Notes: generated from the sequence alone by a model not told the origin. A stretch of 35,164 bases of DNA from Pseudomonadota bacterium (GCA_027625355.1 JAQBWI010000002.1:1-35164), one strand, 5' to 3'; positions 23,195 to 32,878 are shown, numbered from the stretch's first letter. Numbers and translations: made by a program.

Positions 23195-24115
23195 TTAATT
23201 AAAAACATAAACTATATAACCAACGTATAATAGTAAGCCTATAGACCCATAGGTTCTTCCTATTCTTTTCAAGAAGATCATAAACCCTAAAATCATCAAA
23301 GTTACAAAAAGCATAAAGAATAAATCAACAGACCCTATAACTCTAGGTATGCTAAAGTTAACAAAGAAAGAAGAGACACCTAGAACACCGAGGACATTAT
23401 AAATGTTTGAGCCCAAAACATTACCAAGAGCAAAGTCAACTTTTCTTCTAATGGCAGATAATATTCCTACCACTAATTCAGGCAAAGAAGTTCCAAACGC
23501 AACTAAAGATACACCTATTATTGCTTCAGGAATATTTAATTGATTTGCAATATTAATTGCAGACTCTACAAAAAGATCCGAGCCATAAATAAGTAATATT
23601 ATTCCACCCACTATAAATGTTATTGAGATGAAAAGAGAATAATCACCCTTTTCTTCAACTTCAGAAACATCGAGTGAACCCTGCTGTATCTGTATAAACA
23701 TAATAATGAACAATAAACAAATCGATAAAATGCCAAAGAGATAGTTAAAAGGTAAAATAAAATAACTCATGAAAATTAAAATGATACCTAAACCAATATT
23801 AATCCAAGCTTGGTTAATTTGATTTTGATTTATGTTACTAATAGGTATTAGAAAAGATGTAGCGGCCATAACTAGAATTAAATTTACAATATTGCTTCCA
23901 ATCACAGCACCAACGGCTAGGTCAGAATGATTTGTAATAACAGCATTAATACTACTTGCTAATTCAGGTAGAGACGTCCCTCCAGCAACGATAACAACAC
24001 CTATGGCAAATAAAGAAACTTTTAATTTTTTTCCAAGGCTTATAGATCCTCTAATAATTATCTCTGCCCCAAAAATAAGTAAAGCCAAACCTATAAACAA
24101 TAAAATTAAATTCAC
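23195..24115 (-). CDS. CaCA-family cation/Ca2+ exchanger (YrbG-like)
   Basis: 306 aa and polytopic. It carries two alpha-repeats with GTSLPEL (GGTSLPELASS and FGTSLPELVVG). The start is GTG. Confidence 0.8.
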   Translation of the reverse strand: MNLILLFIGLALLIFGAEIIIRGSISLGKKLKVSLFAIGVVIVAGGTSLPELASSINAVITNHSDLAVGAVIGSNIVNLILVMAATSFLIPISNINQNQINQAWINIGLGIILIFMSYFILPFNYLFGILSICLLFIIMFIQIQQGSLDVSEVEEKGDYSLFISITFIVGGIILLIYGSDLFVESAINIANQLNIPEAIIGVSLVAFGTSLPELVVGILSAIRRKVDFALGNVLGSNIYNVLGVLGVSSFFVNFSIPRVIGSVDLFFMLFVTLMILGFMIFLKRIGRTYGSIGLLLYVGYIVYVFN

Positions 24116-24163
24116 CTCTTCTTAATAATTAAATTTTTTAAAAAAAGATATAAACAAAGGTAA

Positions 24164-25762
24164 ATGGATGTGTTTGATTATATAATAATTGGTGCAGGCT
24201 CAGCTGGTTGTGTTCTTGCAAATAGGCTTAGTGAAAATTCTAAACACAAAGTACTTTTATTAGAAGCAGGAGGTAAGGATACTTACCCATGGATTCATAT
24301 TCCTGTTGGGTATTACAAAACAATGCATAATCCAAAAACAGATTGGTGCTTTAAAACAGAGCCTGATGAAAATTTAAATGGAAGATCAATAAATTATCCA
24401 CGAGGTAAAACTTTGGGAGGTAGTTCTTCAATTAATGGACTTCTATATATCAGAGGTCAATCGCGTGATTATGATATTTGGCGTCAACAAGGTAATACTG
24501 GATGGGGGTGGGATGATGTTCTTCCTTACTTTCTTAAATCGGAAAATCAAGAAAGAGGAGCAAATGAATTCCATGGTGTGGGTGGACCCTTGTCAGTTTC
24601 TGATATTAGAGTTAAACTAGATATTTTAGATGAGTTTCAAAAAGCTGCAGCGGAAATAGGCATTCCTAAAACTAACGATTTTAATACAGGTGATAATTTT
24701 GGCTGTGATTATTTTCAAGTAACTGAAAAAAATGGTTTACGATGTAGTACAGCTGTTGCTTATCTCAATCCCGCCAAAAAAAGATCAAATTTAAAAGTTG
24801 AAGTAAAAGCTCATGTTAAGCAAATAAATTTTGATGGTAAAAAAGCTATTGGCATTTCTTATTGGAAAAATGATGAGTTAATTACCGTAAAAGGTAATAA
24901 AGAAGTTATTTTATCTGCAGGATCAATTGGGTCCCCTCATATTTTACAAACATCTGGCATTGGTGATGAAAAAAAACTAAGAAATTTAGGTGTGCCTGTA
25001 ATTCATCATAACGCTAACATTGGTAAAAACTTACAAGATCACTTAATGTTACGTCCAGTCTATAAAGTAAAGAATATCAAAACTTTAAATAAAACTATCA
25101 ATAGTTTTTTTGGAAAAATGATGATTGGAATGGAATTTGTTTTTTTTAGAAGAGGTGTCATGACCATGGGTGCAAGTCAATTATGTGGATTTGCTAAAAG
25201 TGATGAAAGCCGAGAAACTCCAAATTTGCAATTTCATGTTCAGCCAATTAGTACCGACAGGTTGGGTGGAGCTAATCTTCATAATTTTAATGCCTTTACA
25301 CCAACAGTTGCAAATATTAGACCAACCAGCAGAGGGGAAGTATATATCACCTCAAAAGATAGTCGGGATTATCCAAAAATTAAAATGAATTATCTATCTA
25401 CTGATGATGACCGGCAAGTATCTGCAGCAGGTATAAAATTGGTTAGAAAAATTATTTTTGAAAGTGAAACATTTAAGAAATATGAGCCAGAAGAATTTAG
25501 ACCAGGAATAAATAATCAAAGTGATGATGAAATAATTCAAGCAGCAAGTGAGCATGCGCAAACAATTTTTCATCCTGTTGGAACTTGTAAGATGGGGAAT
25601 GACAGCAATTCAGTAGTTAGTGACAAACTAAAAGTTCATGATATTGAAAACTTACGTGTTGTTGATGCTTCCATTATGCCAAATATAACTTCCGGCAATA
25701 CTAATGCTCCAACAATTATGATCGCGGAAAAAGCTGCAGATTTGATCATTGCTGATCAGTAA
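24164..25762 (+). CDS. GMC-family FAD oxidoreductase (choline/alcohol dehydrogenase-like)
   Basis: 532 aa. It has the N-terminal FAD fold DYIIIGAGSAGCVLANRLSE, the GMC signature region GGSSSINGLLYIRG, and the C-terminal catalytic region HPVGTCKMG...DASIMP. Confidence 0.9.
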   Translation: MDVFDYIIIGAGSAGCVLANRLSENSKHKVLLLEAGGKDTYPWIHIPVGYYKTMHNPKTDWCFKTEPDENLNGRSINYPRGKTLGGSSSINGLLYIRGQSRDYDIWRQQGNTGWGWDDVLPYFLKSENQERGANEFHGVGGPLSVSDIRVKLDILDEFQKAAAEIGIPKTNDFNTGDNFGCDYFQVTEKNGLRCSTAVAYLNPAKKRSNLKVEVKAHVKQINFDGKKAIGISYWKNDELITVKGNKEVILSAGSIGSPHILQTSGIGDEKKLRNLGVPVIHHNANIGKNLQDHLMLRPVYKVKNIKTLNKTINSFFGKMMIGMEFVFFRRGVMTMGASQLCGFAKSDESRETPNLQFHVQPISTDRLGGANLHNFNAFTPTVANIRPTSRGEVYITSKDSRDYPKIKMNYLSTDDDRQVSAAGIKLVRKIIFESETFKKYEPEEFRPGINNQSDDEIIQAASEHAQTIFHPVGTCKMGNDSNSVVSDKLKVHDIENLRVVDASIMPNITSGNTNAPTIMIAEKAADLIIADQ

Positions 25763-25764
25763 AT

Positions 25765-27534
25765 TTATTGAACGACTGTATCCCTACTATCAATACCAGC
25801 AACTTCGACAGGTGCTTTCATAGCATCTCTTCTAAATGGCTCACCTAATTCTTGATTTAGGATAACTTCAATAAAAGTTGTTACACCATTCATTTGATCC
25901 ACGCATGATGTTTTAAGCGCTTCTGTCAACTCTGATTGAGTTGTAACTTTAACTCCTTTAAATCCACACGCTTCTGCTATCTTTGCATAACTTAATTTTG
26001 GATCAAGCTCTGTTCCTATAAAATTATTATCATACCAAAGAGTTGTGTTTCTCTTCTCTGCTCCCCATTGATAATTTCGAAATATAACCATCGTGATATT
26101 TGGCCATTCTTCTCGGCTGCATGATGTCATTTCACTCATACTAATTCCAAAAGCACCATCTCCAGAAAAACCAACTACAGGCGTGTCAGGACATCCAATT
26201 TTTGCTCCTAAAACTGAAGGAAAGCCATATCCACATGGTCCAAATAAACCTGGGGCTAAATATTTTCTTCCCTGTTCAAATGTAGGGTATGCATTTCCAA
26301 TGGCACAGTTATTACCAATATCGCTAGAGATAATTGCATTATCTGGTAATCCGGCTTGAATAGCTCTCCACGCCATACGAGGTGACATTCTATCTGGATC
26401 TCTTTCTCGAGAATCTTTATTCCAAGATGTTCCTTCATCATCTTCTTCATGATCAAGACTTGTTAATGTTTGAAGCCACGCAGACTTAGTTTGATGTATT
26501 AATGCTTTTCTGTCTTCTCTTCCTTCATCACCAGCACTAGATGATAATTTGTTTAAAATTTGTTCAGCAACTAACTTAGCATCACCACAAATTCCTACTG
26601 ATATTTTTTTTGCTAAACCTATTCTATCTGAATTAATATCAACCTGAATAATCTTTGCCTCTTTTGGCCAGTAATCAATTCCATATCCAGGTAAAGTAGA
26701 GAATGGATTTAATCTTGTTCCCAAAGCAAGAACAACATCAGCTTTTGAGATAATTTCCATCGCAGCTTTAGAGCCATTATAGCCAAGAGGACCAACAGCT
26801 AAAGGATGCTTTCCTGGAAAGCTATCATTATGTTGATATCCACAGGCCACTGGAGCATCTAGTTTTTCAGCAATTTTTTTACAGTCTTCAATTGCGTCAG
26901 CAAGAACAACACCAGCACCTGATAATATTACTGGAAATTTTGCATTCGATAAAAGATTCGCAGCTTCACTTATTGCTGCTGAACCCCCAGCAGGTCTTTC
27001 GAATTCTATAATAGAAGGTAATTCAATATCTACTACTTGCGTCCAAAAATCTCTTGGTACATTTATTTGAGCAGGAGCTGAACCTCTCTTTGCTTTCAAA
27101 ATTACTCTATTTAATACTTCAGCCATTCTTGATGCGTCACGAACCTCTTCTTGATAACAAACCATGTCTTTAAATAAGTTCATTTGTTCAACTTCTTGAA
27201 AACCGCCTTGACCCATTGTTTTATTTGCTGCTTGAGGTGTAACTAAAAGCATTGGCGTGTGATTCCAATATGCTGTTTTAATAGGTGTTACTAAACCAGT
27301 AATCCCAGGACCATTTTGCGCTATACACATCGACATTTTTCCAGTTGATCTTGTATATCCATCGGCAATTAATCCACCATTCGACTCATGAGCAACATCC
27401 CAGAAAGTAATACCAGCTTTAGGAAAAAGATCTGAAATTGGCATAAAAGCTGAGCCAATTATTCCAAAAGAATGTTGAATTCCGTGCATTTGTAGAACTT
27501 TTACAAAAGCTTCCTCAGTAGTCATTTTAGCCAT
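25765..27534 (-). CDS. xsc: Sulfoacetaldehyde acetyltransferase (thiamine-diphosphate enzyme)
   Basis: The N-terminus MAKMTTEEAFVKVLQMHGIQHSFGIIGSAFMPISD matches Xsc N-termini as I remember them. The TPP motif is GDGAFG...N. The ORF-track start (27540) is TTG. I prefer the ATG at 27534, which has GGAG 8 nt upstream. Confidence 0.8.
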   Translation of the reverse strand: MAKMTTEEAFVKVLQMHGIQHSFGIIGSAFMPISDLFPKAGITFWDVAHESNGGLIADGYTRSTGKMSMCIAQNGPGITGLVTPIKTAYWNHTPMLLVTPQAANKTMGQGGFQEVEQMNLFKDMVCYQEEVRDASRMAEVLNRVILKAKRGSAPAQINVPRDFWTQVVDIELPSIIEFERPAGGSAAISEAANLLSNAKFPVILSGAGVVLADAIEDCKKIAEKLDAPVACGYQHNDSFPGKHPLAVGPLGYNGSKAAMEIISKADVVLALGTRLNPFSTLPGYGIDYWPKEAKIIQVDINSDRIGLAKKISVGICGDAKLVAEQILNKLSSSAGDEGREDRKALIHQTKSAWLQTLTSLDHEEDDEGTSWNKDSRERDPDRMSPRMAWRAIQAGLPDNAIISSDIGNNCAIGNAYPTFEQGRKYLAPGLFGPCGYGFPSVLGAKIGCPDTPVVGFSGDGAFGISMSEMTSCSREEWPNITMVIFRNYQWGAEKRNTTLWYDNNFIGTELDPKLSYAKIAEACGFKGVKVTTQSELTEALKTSCVDQMNGVTTFIEVILNQELGEPFRRDAMKAPVEVAGIDSRDTVVQ

Positions 27535-27597
27535 CTTCAAATCTCCAATTAATATATTATGTTAATTATTTAGACTTATTTATTTAAATTCAAATTT

Positions 27598-27626
27598 TTG
27601 ACTATAATAAATTAAGATCATAATCT
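27598..27626 (+). promoter_or_regulatory. Candidate promoter TTGACT-N17-TAATCT upstream of uvrC
   Basis: The hexamers lie at 27598-27603 and 27621-27626, with the ATG at 27644. An overlapping perfect TATAAT (27603-27608) is an alternative -10. The call is ambiguous in AT-rich DNA. Confidence 0.3.
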
Positions 27627-27643
27627 AGGAAATTAATTCGATA

Positions 27644-29530
27644 ATGAGTAAAAAAGAGATAAAAACTAATATTCAACTTACTAACATTACGCCAAATCTA
27701 AATGGACAAGAAATAATTAAATTTATAGCCAAAACGTTACCTCACCAACCAGGTGTATATCAAATGGAAGATGAGGATGGTCAAATACTATATATTGGTA
27801 AAGCAAAAAATCTTGCGAAGAGAGTCATCAATTATACGTCTCTTAATAACTTAACTCGCCGTTTACAAAGAATGGTTAGTTTAACAAAACAAATGAATTT
27901 TTTTGTCACTAACACTGAGATTGAAGCATTACTTTTAGAGTGTAATTTAATTAAGAGACACAAACCACGTTTTAATATAATTTTAAGAGATGATAAATCC
28001 TTTCCATATATTCTCATAAATAAAGAACATAAATATCCTCGTTTACAAAAATATCGCGGTAGCAAAAAAATTAAAGGAGATTATTTTGGTCCTTTTGTCT
28101 CTCCATCGGTAGCTGATTATACTCTCATAGCACTTCAAAAAGCCTTTTTATTACGAAGTTGCTCAGACGGTGTTTTCAGTAACAGATCTCGCCCTTGTCT
28201 TCTTTATGATATCAAAAGATGCAGTGGTCCTTGTGTGAATTCAATTAATGAGACAAAATATAAAGAGAGTATAGATGATGCCAAAAAATTTTTAAAAGGT
28301 AACACAAAAAAAATTGAAAAAAAACTAAATGCCAAAATGCTATCCGCTAGTAAAAATCAAATGTTTGAAGAAGCTGGACGATTACGTGATAGAATCAAGT
28401 CAATAAATCAGATTCAAAAATATCAATCTGTTTATATTAAAGAAATGAGAAACATTGATATTTTTGCTATCAAAATTATTGATAACAAAAGTTGTATCCA
28501 TGGAAAGTTTTATAGAAATGGAAGTAATTATGGTAACAAATCTTTTTTTCCAACTCATGAAGATACAACAGAAGATGTTGAAATCTTAGAGTCTTTCTTA
28601 TATCAATTTTATGCTAATAAAGATGTTCCTCCTAAGATACTAGTTAACGTTGAAGAAAAGTTTTTTAAAGAAGTTGAAATAACTCTCAACAAAAAAAATA
28701 AATTAAAAACTAAAATAATGAAACCTAAATCTGGTGAAAAATTACAGCATATCTTATTAGCTGAAAAAAATGCTTTGGAGAGTATAAAGCTTAAAAAGAC
28801 AAGTTTAGAAGCTCATCATTCTGCACTAAACTCATTATCTCAACTTCTCAATATAGAATATGAAATAAACAGAGTAGAAGCTTATGATAACAGTCATACC
28901 TCTGGCAAAAATTCTGTAGGGGTTATGGTTGTGGCGGATAAAGAAGGCTTAAGCCCAAGACATTACAGAAAATTTAATATTCGCTATGATATGCAAGAAA
29001 AAAAGATTTCGACTGTAGATGATTATTATATGATGGAAGAAGTCTTAAGTAGACGTCTTAGTAAAATTAATCAAAGTAATGAACCTTCTGTTCCTGATGT
29101 TATTATTATTGACGGAGGCAGAGGACAGTACAACAGTGTTTTAAAAATTATAAAAAAATATCAATTAGAAGATATTAAATTATTAAGTGTTTCAAAAGGA
29201 CCAGAAAGAAATGCAGGGAGAGAAATTGTTCACCTTGAAAACAAAAATGTAAATCTAAAACCTAATGATGTTTTACTTAATTTTATTCAGAGACTAAGAG
29301 ATGAAGCCCACAGATTTGCTATTACTGCCCATCGCTCTAGAAGATCTAAAGCCTCTATAAAGTCAGTATTTGATGAAATTAAAGGTATTGGTACAAAAAG
29401 AAAAAAAGAATTGTTGTTACATTTTGGAACTATTAAAAAAATCAAATCAGCATCTTTAGAGGAACTAAAAAAGATAAAAACTATTCCAAAAAAGAAACTT
29501 GAAGAATTATATGAATTTTTTAATAGCTAA
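27644..29530 (+). CDS. uvrC: Excinuclease ABC subunit C
   Basis: 628 aa. It has a GIY-YIG domain (PGVYQMEDEDGQILYIGKAKNLAKRV), a UVR-type helix region (MFEEAGRLRDRI), an Endo-V-like domain and a C-terminal helix-hairpin-helix (IKGIGTKRKKELL). Confidence 0.95.
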   Translation: MSKKEIKTNIQLTNITPNLNGQEIIKFIAKTLPHQPGVYQMEDEDGQILYIGKAKNLAKRVINYTSLNNLTRRLQRMVSLTKQMNFFVTNTEIEALLLECNLIKRHKPRFNIILRDDKSFPYILINKEHKYPRLQKYRGSKKIKGDYFGPFVSPSVADYTLIALQKAFLLRSCSDGVFSNRSRPCLLYDIKRCSGPCVNSINETKYKESIDDAKKFLKGNTKKIEKKLNAKMLSASKNQMFEEAGRLRDRIKSINQIQKYQSVYIKEMRNIDIFAIKIIDNKSCIHGKFYRNGSNYGNKSFFPTHEDTTEDVEILESFLYQFYANKDVPPKILVNVEEKFFKEVEITLNKKNKLKTKIMKPKSGEKLQHILLAEKNALESIKLKKTSLEAHHSALNSLSQLLNIEYEINRVEAYDNSHTSGKNSVGVMVVADKEGLSPRHYRKFNIRYDMQEKKISTVDDYYMMEEVLSRRLSKINQSNEPSVPDVIIIDGGRGQYNSVLKIIKKYQLEDIKLLSVSKGPERNAGREIVHLENKNVNLKPNDVLLNFIQRLRDEAHRFAITAHRSRRSKASIKSVFDEIKGIGTKRKKELLLHFGTIKKIKSASLEELKKIKTIPKKKLEELYEFFNS

Positions 29531-29558
29531 TAAGGTTAACTTAATCTAAAAAAAATTT

Positions 29559-30107
29559 ATGAAATTAAATATTTCAAATTTACTTACTTTATTAAGGATC
29601 CTTGTTATACCTGTTATTGTGTTGTGTATTTACATGAACAACCCTTTTTATAGCTGGGTTGCCCTAATACTTTTTTGTGTGGCAAGTATTACAGATTATT
29701 TTGATGGATATATTGCACGCATTAGAAATGAAGTTACTAACTTTGGAACTTTTCTTGATCCAATAGCTGATAAATTATTAGTTTCAGCAGTAATTTTAAT
29801 TTTAACCTCCAAAGAAGTAATTGCAGATTGGGAAACCATACCAGCATTAATTATTCTATTAAGAGAAATAGCTGTATCAGGGCTCAGAGAATATTTAGCT
29901 AAAATTAAAGTTAGTGTTCCAGTTTCACGTATTTCAAAGATTAAAACATCACTTCAACTGATTGCGCTTGCTTTCTTAATTTTAAGTGAGAGTGGAATAA
30001 CAATTATTCCTATTTTATCAATTGGTAAAATGGCACTATGGATTGCAGGGATACTTACTTTATATACTGGGTATGATTATCTAAAGTCAGGATTAAAGCA
30101 TTTTTAA
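29559..30107 (+). CDS. pgsA: CDP-diacylglycerol--glycerol-3-phosphate 3-phosphatidyltransferase
   Basis: 182 aa and membrane-embedded. The CDP-alcohol phosphatidyltransferase motif is DYFDGYIAR-x8-G-x3-DPIADK. Confidence 0.9.
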   Translation: MKLNISNLLTLLRILVIPVIVLCIYMNNPFYSWVALILFCVASITDYFDGYIARIRNEVTNFGTFLDPIADKLLVSAVILILTSKEVIADWETIPALIILLREIAVSGLREYLAKIKVSVPVSRISKIKTSLQLIALAFLILSESGITIIPILSIGKMALWIAGILTLYTGYDYLKSGLKHF

Positions 30108-30352
30108 TGAAAATAATATATTTTGCATGGATCAAAGATATAACAAATTTTCATCAAGAGCTTTTAGATTCAAATGAAATAAAAAATCTAGATGAATTAA
30201 AAAAATATATAATATCTAAATATCCTGATTTAAAAAAACATCTAGATCAAGAAATCCTTAGATTTGCTGTTAACCAAGAATACATTATTGAAAATATTGA
30301 TTTAAAAAAAAATGATGAAATTGCAGTTTTTCCACCTGTAAGTGGAGGATAA
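30107..30352 (+). CDS. moaD: Molybdopterin synthase sulfur-carrier subunit
   Basis: 81 aa with a ubiquitin-like size and a C-terminal Gly-Gly (VSGG). There are TAATG overlaps with pgsA upstream and moaE downstream. Confidence 0.8.
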   Translation: MKIIYFAWIKDITNFHQELLDSNEIKNLDELKKYIISKYPDLKKHLDQEILRFAVNQEYIIENIDLKKNDEIAVFPPVSGG

Positions 30353-30768
30353 TGATTAAAATTCAAAAAGAAGATTTTAATTCAGATGAAGAAATTCATA
30401 ACATAAAAAAATTACATTCTAATATAGGAGCAGTAACATCTTTTATAGGATACGTTAGAGATAATAATAATGATAAAAATGTTCAATCTATAAATTTAGA
30501 AGTCTATGAGGAAATGGCTTATAAACAATTAAAGAGAATTATTAATAAGGCTTATTCAAAATGGAAACTCATAGATTGCTTAATTATTCACAGATATGGA
30601 GAGTTAACAGTTAACAGTAAAATTGTTTTAGTTACTTGCTTCTCAGAACATCGTAAAGATAGTTTTGATTCCTGCAATTATATAATGGATTATCTTAAAA
30701 AAGATGCACCTTTTTGGAAAAATGAGTTTTATAAAAATCAAAATGAATGGTTAAGTAATTCTAATTAG
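30352..30768 (+). CDS. moaE: Molybdopterin synthase catalytic subunit
   Basis: 138 aa with the MoaE-like block GAVTSFIGYVRD and C-terminal APFWKNE. It is coupled to moaD. Confidence 0.85.
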   Translation: MIKIQKEDFNSDEEIHNIKKLHSNIGAVTSFIGYVRDNNNDKNVQSINLEVYEEMAYKQLKRIINKAYSKWKLIDCLIIHRYGELTVNSKIVLVTCFSEHRKDSFDSCNYIMDYLKKDAPFWKNEFYKNQNEWLSNSN

Positions 30769-31645
30769 AATTATTAACTAGCTCACTAAAATCACTCATA
30801 AATTTAAAAGTGGTTGTGTTATCACCTGTTGTGTAATTCACACTATCTATGGATCTTATTGGGGTAATTTCTGCAGCAGTACCTGTTAAAAAAGCTTCAT
30901 CATAATTTTTAATTTCATCTGGTAATATGTGTCTTACTGTAATTTTAAAGCCTTGCTCTGTTGCCATTTTAATAACTGCTTGACGTGTAATTCCATTCAA
31001 AAAACAATCTGGTATTGGTGTGTGAATATCATTATCTTTTATAAAAAAAATATTAGCTCCAGTACCCTCAGCTACATAACCTCTATAATCTAACATTAAT
31101 GCATCATGATATCCTCTTGATTCTGCAAATTCTTTTGACATAGTGCAGATTATATACGGGCCAGAAGCTTTTGCCTCGTATGGGGCAGTATCTGGGGCTG
31201 GTCTTTTCCAAGGAGATGTAATTAGCTTTAATCCAGCTTTGCGATCTTCTATTTTAAAATAAGATGCCCAGTCATCCCAAACAGCAATTGCAACATTAAT
31301 ATTGGATTGAGTTGTAGAAATTCCCATTTGATGTCCACCTCTCCATGCTAATGGTCTAACATAGCAATCATTATATTTCATTTTTTTAATTAGCTCTTTT
31401 TTTGCAGAGTTTAATTCTTGTTCAGAATAAGGTATTTTAATTCCAATTATATCAGCAGATTTAAAAAATCTTTTTGTATGTTCCTCAGATTTAAATATTT
31501 TTCCATTATATGCTCTTTCTCCTTCAAAAACTGCACTAGCATAATGCAAGCCCTGTGACACAATATGTGAAGTAGCATTTTTCCATGGTATAAAATTACC
31601 ATTCATCCAAATCCATCCTTCTCTATCTTCAAAAGATTTAGCCAT
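30761..31645 (-). CDS. ilvE: Branched-chain-amino-acid aminotransferase (fold-type IV)
   Basis: It has the class-IV aminotransferase blocks (YASAVFEGERAY, EGTGANIFF, FLTGTAAEITPI). The ORF-track start at 31678 is TTG. The ATG at 31645 is preceded by AGGAG 5 nt upstream and gives MAKSFEDREGWIW, so it is preferred. Confidence 0.85.
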   Translation of the reverse strand: MAKSFEDREGWIWMNGNFIPWKNATSHIVSQGLHYASAVFEGERAYNGKIFKSEEHTKRFFKSADIIGIKIPYSEQELNSAKKELIKKMKYNDCYVRPLAWRGGHQMGISTTQSNINVAIAVWDDWASYFKIEDRKAGLKLITSPWKRPAPDTAPYEAKASGPYIICTMSKEFAESRGYHDALMLDYRGYVAEGTGANIFFIKDNDIHTPIPDCFLNGITRQAVIKMATEQGFKITVRHILPDEIKNYDEAFLTGTAAEITPIRSIDSVNYTTGDNTTTFKFMSDFSELVNNSN

Positions 31646-31709
31646 TAAAACTCCTATAAAGTCTTTTTTTAATGACAATTGACTATCAGTGATGCATAAT
31701 TAAGTCAAT

Positions 31710-32195
31710 ATGGCTGACCTAAATAATTTAATATCGCCTTTTTTCTTAAATGAAAAAGAAATAAGAAAAATTATAGAACTAGTTTTCTTTTCCTATAGGG
31801 ATTTTACAGCAGGACCTGATCAAATTCTGGAAAAATTAAATTTTGGACGAGCTCATCATAGGGTGATTTACTTTGTAGGAAAAAAAGACAAAATTACAAT
31901 TAAAGAGCTTTTGAGGGTTTTGAAGATAACAAAACAAAGCTTATCAAGAGTGTTAAACCAGTTAGTAAAAGAAGGTTTTATATTAGTTTCAACTGGATCA
32001 GATAAAAGAACAAAAAACCTTTCATTGACCACCAGCGGTCTAAGCTTAGAAAATGAACTATCCACTATTCAAATAACAAAAATTAAGAAAGTTATAAGTA
32101 ATTTTAATAAAGAAGATATCGATGGTTTTATAAAAATTTTATATGAAATGATTGAGGCTGATAATAAAGCAACTTTTCAACATTTAAATGAATAA
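31710..32195 (+). CDS. MarR-family winged-helix regulator (PetP-like position upstream of an OmpR-type regulator)
   Basis: 161 aa. The wHTH is ITKQSLSRVLNQLVKEGFILVSTGSDKRTKNLSLTTSG. Its stop overlaps the response-regulator ATG. Confidence 0.7.
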   Translation: MADLNNLISPFFLNEKEIRKIIELVFFSYRDFTAGPDQILEKLNFGRAHHRVIYFVGKKDKITIKELLRVLKITKQSLSRVLNQLVKEGFILVSTGSDKRTKNLSLTTSGLSLENELSTIQITKIKKVISNFNKEDIDGFIKILYEMIEADNKATFQHLNE

Positions 32196-32878
32196 TGATC
32201 AAAAAATCTATTCTTTTAGTTGATGATGATCAAAGATTAAGAGTATTATTAAAAGATTATTTAAATGAAAAAAATTTTCGAGTTTTTACATCTGAAGATT
32301 TTAATGAAACTAAAGAAATATTAGAATTTTTTATATTTGTTTTAATTATTTTAGATAGATTGATGCCATCTGGAGATGGAGTTGATTTAATTCAAGATAT
32401 AAAAAAAACATCAAAAACACCAATTATAATGTTAACTGCTATGAGCGAAAATAATGATAAAATAGATGGATTGAAAAAAGGAACTGATGATTACCTATCA
32501 AAACCATTTGAGCCGGAAGAATTATTTCTTCGTATTAATAATTTACTAAAACTATATGAAAATATTAATCAGCAAGAATTACTTTTTAGTTTTGGAAGTT
32601 TTATTTACAACACAAAAACTAACTCACTAACATTAAATGACGAAGAAATATATCTTACTGAGGGGGAAAATAACCTCTTATTAAAACTTATAAATAATAG
32701 GAATAATACCCTTTCAAGAGAACAATTAGCAGAAAAAGAATTTGATGAAAGTGAATTGAGGAAAGTTGATGTAGGAATAACTAGACTAAGACAAAAAATT
32801 GAAAACACACCTAAACACCCACAGCATATAAAAACTATTAGAGGAAAAGGTTATATGCTTATATGTAAAGAGATATGA
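32195..32878 (+). CDS. OmpR/PhoB-family response regulator
   Basis: 227 aa. The receiver has an acidic pocket (VDDD), the phospho-acceptor ILD, MLTA and KPF. The C-terminal winged helix is TRLRQKIE...IKTIRGKGYML. Confidence 0.9.
   Translation: MIKKSILLVDDDQRLRVLLKDYLNEKNFRVFTSEDFNETKEILEFFIFVLIILDRLMPSGDGVDLIQDIKKTSKTPIIMLTAMSENNDKIDGLKKGTDDYLSKPFEPEELFLRINNLLKLYENINQQELLFSFGSFIYNTKTNSLTLNDEEIYLTEGENNLLLKLINNRNNTLSREQLAEKEFDESELRKVDVGITRLRQKIENTPKHPQHIKTIRGKGYMLICKEI

Noticed and set aside
23192-23205. Perfect 14-bp palindrome TTTTTAATTAAAAA at the convergent CMD/CaCA junction, considered as a bidirectional terminator.
   Set aside because: The stem is purely A/T with no loop and has negligible predicted stability. 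It overlaps the CaCA stop codon and last codons, so it is most likely compositional.
27541-27643. SOS (LexA) box upstream of uvrC.
   Set aside because: I looked for the alphaproteobacterial direct-repeat type (GTTC-N7-GTTC / GAAC-N7-GAAC) and for a CTGT-N8-ACAG type. Neither is present in the 103-bp region.
962-32808. Twenty-one short ORFs from the track: 962-1156, 4058-4381, 4717-4905, 5960-6193, 6601-6858, 7420-7734, 8053-8259, 9032-9322, 11389-11583, 12931-13113, 16064-16261, 17045-17251, 19332-19523, 20749-20934, 24435-24620, 25170-25388, 26093-26359, 26256-26456, 27832-28065, 31868-32065 and 32605-32808.
   Set aside because: Each lies antisense to, or out of frame within, a longer ORF that has clear family motifs. 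Their translations are low-complexity (Phe/Leu/Ile/Ser-rich, or Ala/Ser-rich opposite the Ala-rich SBP gene). None has recognisable motifs or a convincing independent RBS. They are shadow ORFs of the kind expected in AT-rich DNA with few stop codons on the complement.
32195-32878. Possible degenerate (pseudo-)receiver domain, because of the unusual hydrophobic run FFIFVLIILD before the phospho-acceptor.
   Set aside because: The acidic pocket (DDD), the acceptor Asp (ILD), the Thr (MLTA) and the Lys (KPF) are all present. It looks like a normal phosphorylatable OmpR-family receiver.
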